Part shown: piece by piece, positions 23,839 through 37,107 of the stretch
Layout: each line of letters begins with the position of its first letter
Position numbering within the stretch: the stretch's first letter is position 1
Assembly (NCBI GenBank): GCA_051047955.1
Contig: JBPGPT010000002.1
Coordinates: 1-64,000 of the forward strand
From: Cystobasidiomycetes sp. EMM_F5
Lineage: Eukaryota
Direction of reading: 5' to 3'
Length of the DNA: 64,000 bases
Notes under the pieces: generated by a model
Database searches by the model: none
Told to the model about the DNA's origin: nothing
What the model saw: only the letters and a program-made list of their open reading frames with translations
Made by a program: the position numbers and the translations under genes

Positions 23839-26719
23839 TTAGACTTCTGTGTGATGTTGAAATGCCAATTCGGCTTCTATCTCTGCCAGACGCGACTTCC
23901 ACTGATCCACATGCTTGAGACGATCTTCAAGAGCAGATCGCTCTTTCTCGAACGTCAATCGCCTGCAGTAGCAATGTCGGCTTGCATCGATGTATCTTCG
24001 AAAGCGGGACTTACTCCTCTGCAGTGCCTATTGTGCTCATTTCCCAGCCACCATCGTCGCCGGTGAAGCGTACGAGGTAATTGTGGTACTTTGTCAAGGA
24101 GGGTCTGTGCGAGATCGTAATGAGGGCTAATGCGTCGTAAGCTTGCGATCTCCTCTTCCTTGAAGAAGATACTTACTTATGCCAAGGTCTTTTGCGTGTT
24201 GATACATCTGGCCTTCTACATCTGTCGATACGGCGCTTGTACACTCGTCAAGCACGCCATAACGTGGCATATGGTAGAACAGACGAGCCAGGCCAACCCG
24301 CTGCTTCTCTCCGCCGGAAAGAACTAGCAGAAATTTCTCAGATCGGCCATCAAGCAGCACTCAATACTGCGCTTACCATCTTTCCATTCCTTGATTGTGT
24401 CTAAACCCCCTTCTCGGCCAGGCAGATAGGCTAGATGTACATGGCGCAATATATCCAGAAGATCGTCGTCAGATCGGCCTTTACCTTGCATGTCAGGCCA
24501 GCTGTCTGGATAAATAATTCTAAAATTGATGACTTAGTTATGGGTGATACGCTTGCAATGGTGAATCACATACTGATCGCGCAGACTGCCGATACTGAGA
24601 TACGGCCGCTGAGGGAGGAACATAAGATCACCTCTTCCAGGTCGTCGGACTATGCCCTCAAAGGTTGGCCACAGCTTGGCGAGAACCCTGGCGAAACCCG
24701 TTTTGCCGGTGCCCTGTTATGGAGAGGCTTCAGCATCTGCTGATGTGATGAATCTGCAGCAAGCCTACGTTCGGGCCCGTGATCAACAAGTGCTCGCCTT
24801 CGGCTACAGTCAGATCTAGGCATTTTACAAGCTCCTCGCCCCCTCGCGCTAGGCCTGGAGCGGGTGCGACGATTGGAACATGCTCGAACGATATGATGTC
24901 TTGGAAGTCTACTACCACGCCGTTGATAGATGCCAGGTCGTAATTGCTAGCGGTCTTTTCGGTTGACAATCGCGTCCGTTCATACTTGTGGACATCCAAT
25001 TCATGCATGGTTGATAGTAGGGCATATACTCGCGAAGTATATCCGGCCAGCTCTGCCATATCCTTGTAAGACGACATGAGGCGGCCGCCAGCGTCAGCCA
25101 GAGCTAGTAAGAGCCGCCTGTTCGAGATGTAGTCTGCGAGACAAGCATGAGCTGAGTATACAATGTCTGTTGCGCTGCACGGCGCTGACCTTCTGTCCGT
25201 CTAGCCACTTTGTGCGATTCGTCATCTAGTGATGGGTTATCAAGGGTCATGGAAAGAGGTAGTCCAACTACAGAAGAAGGCAGAACATTCTTGAAGAAGA
25301 CGGGTATAGAGATGAGGAGATAGCCTGCAGCTGACCATGCGTACTTGACTACGAAATCTTCAGTCATGGAATATGCGATGCGGATCTGGGACAGGCTTTA
25401 GCCAAGATACCGTAGAAGACAGCTAGCGCGTTCGCATACCTTGTAAATCGAGTTGACGTGTCTGACAAGACGTAAATATGCGCGCGTGAGTATATCCTTT
25501 TCGAGTCGTGCACCGTTATAGAAGCTTGTAGTATTCGTCAGTAGTGCCTAAAATATACATCCATGGCACTCACGCAACCTCCTCCGCATTCGTAATTAAG
25601 CGAGAGTGAGCGGATCTAAAGTCTCCCTCCAATTTCGCTTCTATCGCAGCAAGCTTCCCAAAAGCCGGTGTAACACGGCGCAGAATCCATGCGGTTGCGA
25701 GATAATTGATGAACAGCCCAGCGCTGCCCCATTTGCCGATCGATCTGCCCAGCTGAATATTGAATAGAATCAAATCTAGGGCAGGCTTCGAGACGTTGCT
25801 GTACAGGGCTGAGAGGGCATCACAGAAACGTGCGACGTCCGTAGTGATGTACTGATCTGCCCCATCAATGCGCGACGATAGATTGATTATGGAGTAGTAT
25901 ACGCGGTTACGAGACAGGTAGAGGTCGTGTATATCTGGGGCAAAGAAAGTCAGTGACCATACGCGGCCCGCGAAGCAGATATTTACAGCGGGTTAGGCGT
26001 GTTCTAAAGGATATAGACAGCTTTTGCTGCAGATAACGAATCTTTAGATAGATGGCATCATCAGTCAGGTCGAAATCGGGGACCGGTATGAAGCGTACCA
26101 TAGAATTTGTGTACGTGGAGGGGATCGCGAGAAGATACCAGTAGGCAAGGCCCCTCAGGAAACCTCTCAGATTGGCCGAGACGAGGTTCTTGACAATCAT
26201 ACCGTCCAGTTTAGCCACTAGGAGACTAAGGTACGTGCGGAGCAGTAGGAAAGATGTATGGAGGACGAGCAGAAACACTTCCTTGCAGGTCGTTCGCGGA
26301 ATGATGATCATGAGTATGGCTCGAACTTGGCGCAGGAACTCCTTGTTGACGGCGACCTTCTTTCCGGCTTTTGAAGGCTGAACGACCACATCCTGGGTTG
26401 GCGGGTTCACAAAGTGCTTTCGATGAGCATCAAATGTGCTCTGTTTCGTTGGCTTGATGGGCACTCGCTTGATCCGCCCTCGGTCATCGAGTATGAGCAG
26501 TTCGCGACCACCGCCAGCTTGAGGCACATACAATTCCCGCTGGGCCTGCTCTATCTGCGGTGTCGTGAGAGGTGTCCCACTGCGGGAAGCAGCCCGTCTG
26601 CGGTCATTGAAGCTGGGCTGCCTCAGCTTGCTCAGACGCTTCAGCAGGATTGCTACAGCTACGATGACGGCGGCACTTCCGGCTGCGGTGGATGCTCGGT
26701 GTCTCTGCAACGCACTCAT
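23839..26719 (-). CDS. PXA1: Peroxisomal ABCD half-transporter (Pxa1/ALDP-like fatty acyl-CoA importer)
   Basis: EAA-like motif [37 protein letters not shown], Walker A HLLITGPN, and signature LSGGEKQR...LDECTSAVS. Multi-intron. Confidence 0.9.
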
Positions 26720-26987
26720 GGCGGCCGACTACGCTGGCATGGTGCAGCAGTATATCAGAGTCGCTGTCGGCAGTCTAGCAGCCCTGAAGGATGCTCGGAT
26801 GTCGCCTGAAACCTGGCCATTCAGGACACGTGACCCTGCACTCTGCGCCGGGAGTAGACCGCACGACTTCTTGCATTTCTCCTGACACCCGGAGGCTGAG
26901 GAGCAGAGGCTATTACCTGGGGACACGCACTACTGCCGCGCTGAGAGGGGTCAGCTATGCACCGATTGTGAGGATTGACTTGTTATC

Positions 26988-29900
26988 ATGACTGCCAGAA
27001 ATGTGGCATCGGCTTCGACGGTCGATATCATCATGGCTGATGCTACTCCTGACTCAGGTGAACCAAGCTCGTCATTTCCCCATCCCGGTATATCCTCTTC
27101 CACGATCTTCAGCACGACACCGCTCATGGATTATGAGGATGGAGAAACCCTCCTGGCGCAGCTTCCTTCCCCTCCTCCATACATACTCCAGGTCAATGAC
27201 ATCCACCTGGAAGCACCGGCTGCATCAGTTCCTCTACCCCTTCCTATACCAGTATCGATCCCGTACGGATTTGCAAAAAGAGTCGGGCTGGCTAGTAGAG
27301 CACCCGAAACCAAAGAACTCCTACACGGCATCAGTTTGACATGTCTGCCTGGAGAAGTCCTCGCTATCATAGGCGGCAGTGGATCCGGCAAGACAACAGC
27401 ACTTAATTGTGCAGCCTTCCGCACAGCCAACCTGCGGCAAACGTCTGGAAATGTCACACTCGAGGCAATCGACTCCCCAACAGCTGTTCACACGAAACGA
27501 AATATCGGTACGATAGTGGGCTATGTACGGCAAGATGACTCCCTCTTGCCATACCTGACAGTGAGGGAAACACTCAGCTTCTCCGCCAACCTGCGACTGC
27601 CGGATTCAATGACTGAAACGACAAGGAGAGCCATCGTCGAGCAGACGTTGGCGGAATTGGGTCTTACAGATGTCGCAGATGTTGTTGTGGGCGGGTCTTT
27701 CAAGAAGGGTATTTCTGGTGGCGAAAGAAGGCGGCTCAGCATCGGGTGCATCCTGGTGACCCTCCCGTCTGTACTTGTGCTCGATGAACCGTAGGTATTT
27801 TATCCGGTAGCCCACTCTGGCATACTGAAACGTCGAAATTGCAGAACAACCGGGCTTGACGCTACTACCGCGTTCCATATTCTGGAACTGCTGTCTCGAC
27901 TATCTCGCAGAAACAGGACAATAATACTATCAATACATCAACCGCGCTCAGATGCGTATGTTTTATTTGATCGACTATGCCTCCTCAGTTCGGGATCTGT
28001 GGTGTATTCCGGATCAAGGAAAGACGCCCTTTCATATTTCGCAAATCTGGGCCTAGAGCCACCCTTACATACGAATCCGTTGGACTACATGCTGGAAATC
28101 TCAAGTGTAGACCTACGCACGGACGAAGCGGAAGCGACGACTTTGAAGCAGGTGACGATGCTAATTGGCGAATGGGAGAAGTATTCTTCACAAACGAATC
28201 CGGCCGATGTCCGCCAGCGTAGCCACAAAGACGACAGATCATCAGCCTCAACTCCTATAGATGTAGAAGCGGCCGAAGCTGTCAGGAATGCTGGGACAGT
28301 AAAACAAGCCAAGCGGTCAAGTCTCATGCGACAGATAATGCTTCTTGTACGACGTACCACTCAGAATCTCTTCAGAGATCGCCCTCTCTTGCTTGGGTTT
28401 GCCGCGCAAACGCTAGTGGTAGGCTTGGTATCAGGCGCAACGTTCTATCTCGGTGCCGGTCCAACCAACCCCAGCGAAGTTCAAACATTCAAGACAATAC
28501 TGTTTCAAGGTCATGTCTCATACTTCTATCTGAGTCTAGTGCTCTACATTTTCCTAATTTGCGGTAGCTTGGCGGTGTTTGATCGTGAGCGTGATGATGG
28601 CCTATACGGAGCAATCCCTATGGTTGTCTCGACCCTTCTGGCGTATGCACCTCTGAATATCGTATTTTCGGGTGTATACGGAATAATCTGTAAGTCTAGC
28701 TTGTAAACTGCACGTCAGAAGAGTTGACTTTGGCTGCGCAGTATACTTTATGTGCGGATTCAGAAGAGATAATTTGGCTGCAAACCTGTTTCAATGGGTC
28801 GGCGATATGTGGCTACAAGGCTTTGCCTTCTTAGCGTTTGCGCTCCTCATGTGCACCTTCAGTCGGAATTTTGCTGAAGCAAGTACTTTCGGTAATGGGC
28901 TCGCAATCTTACTCATCTTGACGGCGGGGGTGAGATGTGCTGCACAGCGCGTTCAAAATGCATCCATTCTGATGTATTTGTGGCATAGTACATCATTGTT
29001 GACTTACCAGCGTATATTGCTTGGACTCGCTTCTTCTCTCCCTACTACTATGGCTTCCACTGGTCAGCCATTCAGCAATTATCCAACAGGACCTTCCCTT
29101 GTAGCGACACCATCTCTGCCGGCTCCGGACAATGTCAAGGGAACGGAGTGCTTGCCAGCTTAGCATTTCCTGACTATCCTCTTTACGACTACCCAATAGG
29201 ACTCCTCGGCTTCATACTTGTCGTGCTCGTTATTGCTGTGAGTATCTGGAATACGTGTACACCTACACCCAGCTCAGAGCAGACAATCAGACCTTTATCC
29301 TACACTCTTACAAAGCAGGCGGACAGCGCTTTGCCAAACAGCAAATTGCTACTGCTCACATCGCTGATACCGAGCCAGTAGCCAAATTTGACAACCGACG
29401 GGAGCCAGTCACGGTTACGCTTGAGGACGTCCGGCTGGATGTGGATCGTACTGGTCATTACTTCGCACGGAAGCGAAAGGCTGCGGCAGGTTCAGTGTCC
29501 ATATTGAAGGGAGTTTCCGCAACGTTCAATTCTGGCAGTATCACCGCGATTCTGGGTCCGTCTGGTTCTGGAAAGGTATGATGTATACCTACTGGTGATA
29601 CCAGCGTTAATCTTAGTCTATTCAGACCTCTTTGCTGCAACTGCTAGGCGGCCGTCTATCCAAAGTGTCAACTTTCGCAGCTTCTGGTGCGATACTGCTC
29701 AACGGACAGCCGGCTTCCTCCAAGACTCGTTCATTACTGGGATATGTGGAACAACACGACGACCATCACTTGCCGGCCTTGACTGTACGGGAAACCCTTC
29801 ATTACGCTGCCTTGCTTCAATTGCGCGGAATGTCCGCAAACACTAAGCATGCAAGGGCTGAGGAGGTACTGCGCGCTCTTGGCTTGAAATCGTGCGCGGA

Positions 29901-31367
29901 TAATCTGGTCGGCGGGGAACTCGTCAAAGGCATCTCAGGCGGCGAGAAGCGCAGGCTTTCACTCGCGATCGAGCTGCTGTCAGATCCAGCCGTTCTGCTT
30001 GTCGACGAGCCGACGTCGGGACTCGACTCATTCAATGCGCGCAGTGTCATGCAGGCACTACGAGCTATCGCCGATACCGGCCGCACAGTGATCGTCTCTA
30101 TCCACCAACCAAGCAGCGAGATCTGGACAGACTTTGATGACGTGCTAATTCTAGCGAAAGGTGGTCGCACTGTTGCTTTCTCGCCACGTCACCGTATCTT
30201 GGACGATTTTGCTGCGGCGGGAGCGTTTTGTCCTGATTTCTACAACCCTGCCGACTTCATTCTAGATACTATCGCCATAGACACGCGTACGGAGAGTGCC
30301 AAGACCTCCACAACGCAGGGTCTCGATCTACTGACACAGCGACTCAGCCTGGTTGAGAAAAAAGAATACGTTCCTGCCAATATTGGCGCAACTGCCGCAA
30401 AATCTTCCGATTACCCAAATCAAAGCTATCGCATTGCATTGCCGGTCGTACTCCAAAGGTCTATCAAGAATCTCATCCGTCAGAGGGATGTCTTTGTCGT
30501 GCGGCTTGCGAATCCTCCCTTCCTGGCCATTCTGTTCTGGCTCTTTTTCCTTCGCTTTGACCTCTCCCCAGGCAGCTGTACGCGTTTTGCGTTTTCAAGT
30601 CATGATTTCGTCTCTGACCTTGATCCACAGCTCAAACTCGCGTTGGATTGATACAGGAGAATTCTGCTTTGCCATTTGTAGGCATGCTCACGACCATCGC
30701 TATTTTTCCCAAGGTGAGGCGACCTATCAAGACATAGAGCATTCCTAGGGCTGATGCAGCTTTACAGGAGCGTGACGCATTTTTTCACGAACGTCTCTCT
30801 GCCGCCCGCTATTCCAGCGGTATTTTCCTGCTGTCGTACACCGCACAGGAGGTGCCTATGCAAGTCATAGCAGCGTTGCTATACTCGATCATCACAGTCT
30901 ACGGTATGGGTTTACAGGGCAGCGTAAGAATCTTCTTCGAATACGCCTTTTCCGTATTCGTTCTGCTTAACGCTGGAGAAAGCGTCGGAATTGCATTCTG
31001 CACTTTCATTCGGAGCGGCGGGCTGTCGATATCCTTAGTCTCTTGCGCTCTAACAATACAAAATCAACTGAGCGGAGTCATGTCCGTCTCTATCCCTTAT
31101 GGTCTTCAGGTCATAGCTTGGGCATTCCCCATCAAACCCGCATCTCTAGTCTTTCTCGTCAACGAAATGCGGGGACTGCGTTTCGACTGCACCGCACAAG
31201 ACGTCGCTGTCGGCAGGTGTTTGGCAGCCACCGGAAACGAACTATTACAGGTGTTCAATTTGGAAAATGGGTCGACAGCCAAGTACATTGGCATCTTAGC
31301 TGGTCTGGCAGTTATCTATCGGTTGCTAGCGTACTTGTGTATACGGATCAAAGTCAATTACCTGTAG
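26988..31367 (+). CDS. Full-size ABCG transporter (NBD-TMD)2, YOL075C-like, copy 1
   Basis: NBD1 has GGSGSGKTT and ISGGERRRLS..VLVLDEP|TTGLD. NBD2 has GPSGSGK and ISGGEKRRLS..LLVDEPTSGLD. Each NBD is followed by a TM domain. Confidence 0.92.
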
Positions 31368-31413
31368 CATGAAATTTACTAGGGTCCTCTCGCAATGAAA
31401 GAAGATGTCGTTC

Positions 31414-31623
31414 CTATTGATTCTGGTCATCCTCTGTCATATCATCGATTGCTGCGAATTGCGTGCTTAAAGCACGTACGTTAGTCTGTTCGGGTTCACG
31501 AAGTGAATCCTGGCAGCGCTACCAGCTGCGCGTGCTAACCAGTACTCTCTAAATCATCGTGGCGGGTCAGCTTTCCGTCGCTACCTTGCGAGTGTGGAGA
31601 CCGTCGAAGATGGATATCGATTT
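31414..31623. repeat. 210-bp direct repeat, copy A (identical to 36642-36851)
   Basis: Base-by-base reading found no mismatch from CTATTGATTCTGG to GATATCGATTT. Confidence 0.92.
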
Positions 31624-31953
31624 CAGCTCGAGCTCGATCTACAAAACCGTTCCGAAGAAAAGGCACTGCCAGGCAATATACGCGTTATAGTGCTGCAGAC
31701 CTTGCACTTGTACTTGAAGCAGGTCCTGTAGCATGTAGCAAGATGATACGGAAAGTCGCATTCCAACTTCGGCTCGTCGAAGATGCCTGGCGCGTCTTGC
31801 AGGAATGACAGGTGTCATATATATGCAGATGCCTGGACAAGCTGACAATATTGCGAGAGACATCAGCATGCGCCTCCATGTTTATCCGCCGAGTGATGCT
31901 GGACCTGTCGCCAGCACTGGCCGCAGCAGACACGAAACCAGGCATCGCATAAC

Positions 31954-34900
31954 ATGGCGGTCAAGGCTGCCAGCCCTGATGAAGAGGGAGCCGGTGACAG
32001 TGATATCAGCCTCGACGCCAACTCCACGCACACCTCGCACACTCTGGTACAGCTGTCTGGAAATAACGGACTTTCCGAAGCCCCGGATGTCTCGCAACTC
32101 TCGAAAGGGAACCGTGGTCTAGACTTCGAAGTGTTTTACGGAAGTGCGTGTTAACGATAGCATGAATTTTGATTACGGCATTAGATAATGCTGACACATT
32201 GTCCTCTCTGCCTGACACTGCGCTGTGCCATTTCAAACACCCTTCCATGAACATAGACCCCGTCATCGATGGCGATAACCTTTCAGAGGACAAGGCACCC
32301 TCCGCACTGGCCTTATTTGACAATTTAGAGCTGCTCTCACCTCTGGATCACCTTCCAACACCTCCTCAGCATGTTGTGCGCGTGCACGACCTCCACATCG
32401 AGGCTCCGGCTGCTTCGGTACCCTTACCGCTACCTATGCCCGTCTACATCCCGCACAGCTTTGCAAGACGACTCGGTCTGGCCAATGGGGCTCCAGAGAC
32501 GAGGGAACTGCTGCATGGTGTCAGCTTCACATGTCTTCCCGGAGAAGTCCTTGCTATCATAGGGGGCAGTGGCTCTGGCAAGACAACAGCGCTCAATTCT
32601 GTTGCATTTCGTACTGCTAATCTGCGTCAGACGTCTGGAACGGTAACTCTCGAAAAGGTAGACTCATCTGCCAAGCTGTACAAGCGCAATATCAGCACCT
32701 TCGTCGGATATGTTCGCCAGGACGACCTTTTATTACCATATCTTACTGTTCGCGAGACGCTTAGCTTCTCTGCCAATCTGCGACTGCCGGCATCCATGAC
32801 GGAAGAGGCAAGGAAAGTAATTGTCGAGCAGACATTGGCAGAGCTCGGCTTGAACGATGTTGCGGACGTTATCGTTGGTGGTGCTTACAGAAAAGGCATT
32901 TCGGGCGGCGAGAGAAGACGACTCAGTATCGGATGTGTCCTGGTCACACTGCCTTCGGTACTCGTGCTTGATGAACCGTAAGCTGGATACAGCCGCTTCG
33001 TCATCGTGACGCATTTGACCATGATTGCATTACCTCAGGACTACAGGGCTTGACGCAACGACAGCATTCCAAATCCTGGAGATGCTATCTCGCTTAGCTC
33101 GTCGAGGCAGGACCGTCATACTTTCAGTACATCAGCCGCGCTCGGATGCATACGTACTGTTCGACAGGCTGTGCTTGCTTAGTTCAGGCTCAGTCGTATA
33201 CTCGGGTCCTCGAATAGACGCACTACCGTACTTTCATTCACTAGGACTCGGTCCATCTATTCATACCAATCCGCTCGATTTTATGCTGGAAATATCGAGT
33301 GTCGATCGTCGTCGTGACGATGTGGAAGCTGAATCTTCACACAAAGTTCAGCGTCTCATCAGCTCATGGGCAGGTCATCTTCTGGCGGACAGAGTTAAGG
33401 TGACAGACACGGCAGTGGCTGTTCCGATGTATACAGGCTCTACTCTGCTAGATGCAGAACTCGGTGCCCCAGCTTTTGAACTCGTCCCGTCGCTGCACAC
33501 AATCGCTCGAGCTACTCTGCCGCGTCAGATCCTGATTGTTAGCCGCCGAACTATACAGAATTTGTACAGAGACCGACCGTTGCTGTATGCATTTGCGGCG
33601 CAGACTCTGGTCGCAGGCTCTGTCACTGGCGCGATTTTCTATCTGGGGTCATCGCCAACTTCTGTGAACGGTATCCAGACCTTCAAGACATTACTGTTTC
33701 AGGGCCCTGTGTCGTACTTCTACCTCACCTTCGTTCTATACCTATTTCTGGTTTGCAGCAGCCTGACGGTATTCGATCGCGAGCGAGAGGACGGACTGTA
33801 CGGGGCCATACCCATGGTAGTCTCTACCATCTTTGCCTACGCGCCTGTCAACATCGTCTTCAATACAATATACGGCGTGATCCGTAAGTGTAAGCTTTAT
33901 CATGCCGTCCTTCACTACTGAGTGGTGTCTCGTAGTGTACTTTTTGTGCGGGCTTAGGAGGGATAATCTAGCTGCTAGCTTCCTTCAATGGATCGGTAGT
34001 ACTATCATGCAAGGCTTCTCTATGCTGGCTTTGGCAGTTCTGATGGGTAGCTTGACACGTAATCTGGCAGAGGCCAGCACTATCGGACAAGGCATAGCAA
34101 TGATATACATGTTGACGGGTGGAGTAAGTCATCGGTCGCTGCTCAGTATAGCGCACATCTACGCATGCAACTAATACCTCTCGTGCCGCGCTAGTACGTT
34201 ATCATCGATTTACCTCGATACATCGCGTGGGCTCGCTTCCTCAATCCGTACTATTACGGTTTCCATTGGTCTGCCGTACAACAACTGTCCACACGAGTCT
34301 TTATGTGTGACGAGTCTATCGACGTACAATCTGGTCGATGCCTCGGAAGCGGGGTTCTCGCCAGTTTGGCATTTCCCGATTATCCAGCTTACATTTCTGC
34401 ATTGGGACTGCTCGGCTACGTTCTGATCGTGCTGATGATTGCAGTCAGTCATACCTCTCGGTGGTACGGAACTGCGCACTAACACCATGATTCAGACACT
34501 TATCCTACACTACTTTAAGACTGGCGGACAACGTTTTGCCAAGCAGCAATTAGCCAATCCTTACCAAGCGCAAGTACAGCATGCTGACAAGATCAAACAC
34601 CGCCATGGGGATGTCACGGTGACATTGGACGGAGTCCGCCTTACCGTCCGATCACCTCGCGTCACTTCTAACTGGAAAGGCTCAGGCCCCGTAAAACCCG
34701 TTTGCATATTACAAGGCGTCTCCGCGTCTTTCAAGCCCGGTCACGTTACGGCTGTTTTAGGCCCATCCGGATCTGGAAAGGTATGTCGAATCACCATCAT
34801 TTCATCGCGCATCTGACTCTACCTTCATTCAGACATCCCTGCTGCAAATACTAGGCAGGCGTCTTACTAAGTTGTCCGCATTCACTGCGTCAGGATCGAT

Positions 34901-36596
34901 CCTCTTCAATGGACAGCCGATGTCGGACGATAGTCGAGCATCCATGGGCTACCTAGAGCAGCACGATGATCATCACTTACCGGCCTTGACCGTCCGAGAG
35001 ACGCTCCATTACGCTGCTCTGCTTCAGTTGCGCGGAATGTCCGCAAATACCAAGCATGCAAGGGCTGAGGAGGTATTGCGTACTCTTGGTCTGACATCGT
35101 GTGCGGATAATCTGGTTGGCGGAGAACTCGTCAAAGGCATCTCAGGCGGCGAAAAGCGCAGGCTTTCACTCGCGATCGAGCTGCTGTCAGATCCAGCCGT
35201 TTTGCTTGTCGACGAGCCGACGTCGGGACTTGACTCATTCAATGCGCGCAGTGTAATGCAGGCACTACGAGCTATCGCCGATACCGGCCGCACCGTGATC
35301 GTCTCTATCCACCAACCAAGCAGCGAGATCTGGACAGACATTGACGATGTGCTCATTCTTGCCAAGGGTGGTCGGACTGTTGCATTTTCGCCAAGAGAGC
35401 GGATTTTAGAAGATTTTGCAGCATCAGGAGCTATTTGTCCCGACTTCTACAATCCTGCCGACTTTATCCTAGACACAGTTGCAATCGATACGCGCACAGA
35501 AGATGCTAGAACGAAGACGACGCAACGCCTGGATGATTTGATCGAGACACTCCGGCACAATGAGGCGGATGTCAGTAAGGAAGCAAGCGGGAACCTCTTG
35601 ACGGCTCGCAGAATCGGCATCGCTTCCGATTACACCAATCAGAGACTTGGAGTAGCTCTGCCGGTTGTCTTTCGACGTTCTCTCAAGAATTTGACACGTC
35701 AGAGGGATGTCCTCGTCGTTCGCATTGCGAATTCCCCTTTTCTCGCTGTACTGTTCTGGTTGTTTTTCCTGCGTTTCGATTTGTCTCCCGAGAGCGGTCG
35801 GTACTGTTCTACCAAGTTGTGTCGCGTCAATAACTGATTGAATCGCAATCCCAGCCCAGACTCGTGTCGGGCTGTTCCAAGAAAATTCTGCCTTAACTTT
35901 TGTGGGCATGCTCACTACGATTGCAATCTTTCCGAAGGTTAGTAATGAAGCAAAAGCTGTTTGGACTTGCGACTTATACACAAGGAACATCTGCAGGAGC
36001 GAGACGCATTCTTGCATGAGAGAATGTCCGCCGCCCGCTATTCGTGCGGCACATTTCTGCTATCGTATACTGCGCAGGAAATTCCTATGCAAGCTGTGGC
36101 TGCGTTGCTATACTCAATTATCACTGTCTACGGCATGGGTTTACAAGCTGGAGGTCGCATCTTCTTCGAATATGCCTTCGCAGTCTTCGTACTCCTCAAC
36201 GCTGGCGAGAGCGTCGGCATAGCTGTCTTCAGTCTCATCAGCAACGGTGGTCTCTCTGTGTCCATCCTGACTGTCGTTCTGACGTTTCAGAACCAGCTTA
36301 GCGGCATCATGTCCGTTTCCGTTCCTTATGGTCTTCAGGTCATAGCTTGGGCATTCCCCATCAAACCCGCATCTCTGGTCTTCCTCATCAACGAGATGCG
36401 GGGACTGCGTTTCGACTGCTCCGCACAAGACGTCGCTGTTGGCAGGTGTTTGGCAGCCACAGGAGATGAACTGTTGCAGGTGTTCAATTTGGAAGACGGG
36501 TCGACAGCCAAGTACATTGGCATCTTAGCTGGTCTGGCAGTTATCTATCGGTTGTTAGCGTACTTGTGTGTGCGGATCAAAGTCAAGTACTTGTAG
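31954..36596 (+). CDS. Full-size ABCG transporter, copy 2 (tandem paralog)
   Basis: Same motifs and matching intron positions as copy 1. Extra short first exon starting MAVKAASPDEEG (start less certain). Confidence 0.92.
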
Positions 36597-36641
36597 CATA
36601 AGATGTAGTAGGGTCCGCTCGCAATGAAAGAAGGTGCCTTT

Positions 36642-36851
36642 CTATTGATTCTGGTCATCCTCTGTCATATCATCGATTGCTGCGAATTGCGTGCTTAAAG
36701 CACGTACGTTAGTCTGTTCGGGTTCACGAAGTGAATCCTGGCAGCGCTACCAGCTGCGCGTGCTAACCAGTACTCTCTAAATCATCGTGGCGGGTCAGCT
36801 TTCCGTCGCTACCTTGCGAGTGTGGAGACCGTCGAAGATGGATATCGATTT
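36642..36851. repeat. 210-bp direct repeat, copy B
   Basis: Identical to 31414-31623; lies downstream of ABCG copy 2. Confidence 0.92.
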
Positions 36852-37107
36852 TAGCTCGACCTACATGACCGGTCCGAAGGATTGGCACTAGCCAAGAATG
36901 ACCTTGAAATGGCTGGAGTGGCTTCGCTTGTGCAGCGAGTATGCTCATCGCGAGCTTTTCATCGTGCAAGCAACTACGATTTGCCACCAGTTTTCGACGC
37001 GTTTGGCGCAAACAGCACGTCACGCTTGCGTTGACCATGCTCTCCATGCTTTGCTGAAAGAGACTACTGCCAACGACTCAGTGCGCGCTATCGGCGCAAG
37101 CACGCTG

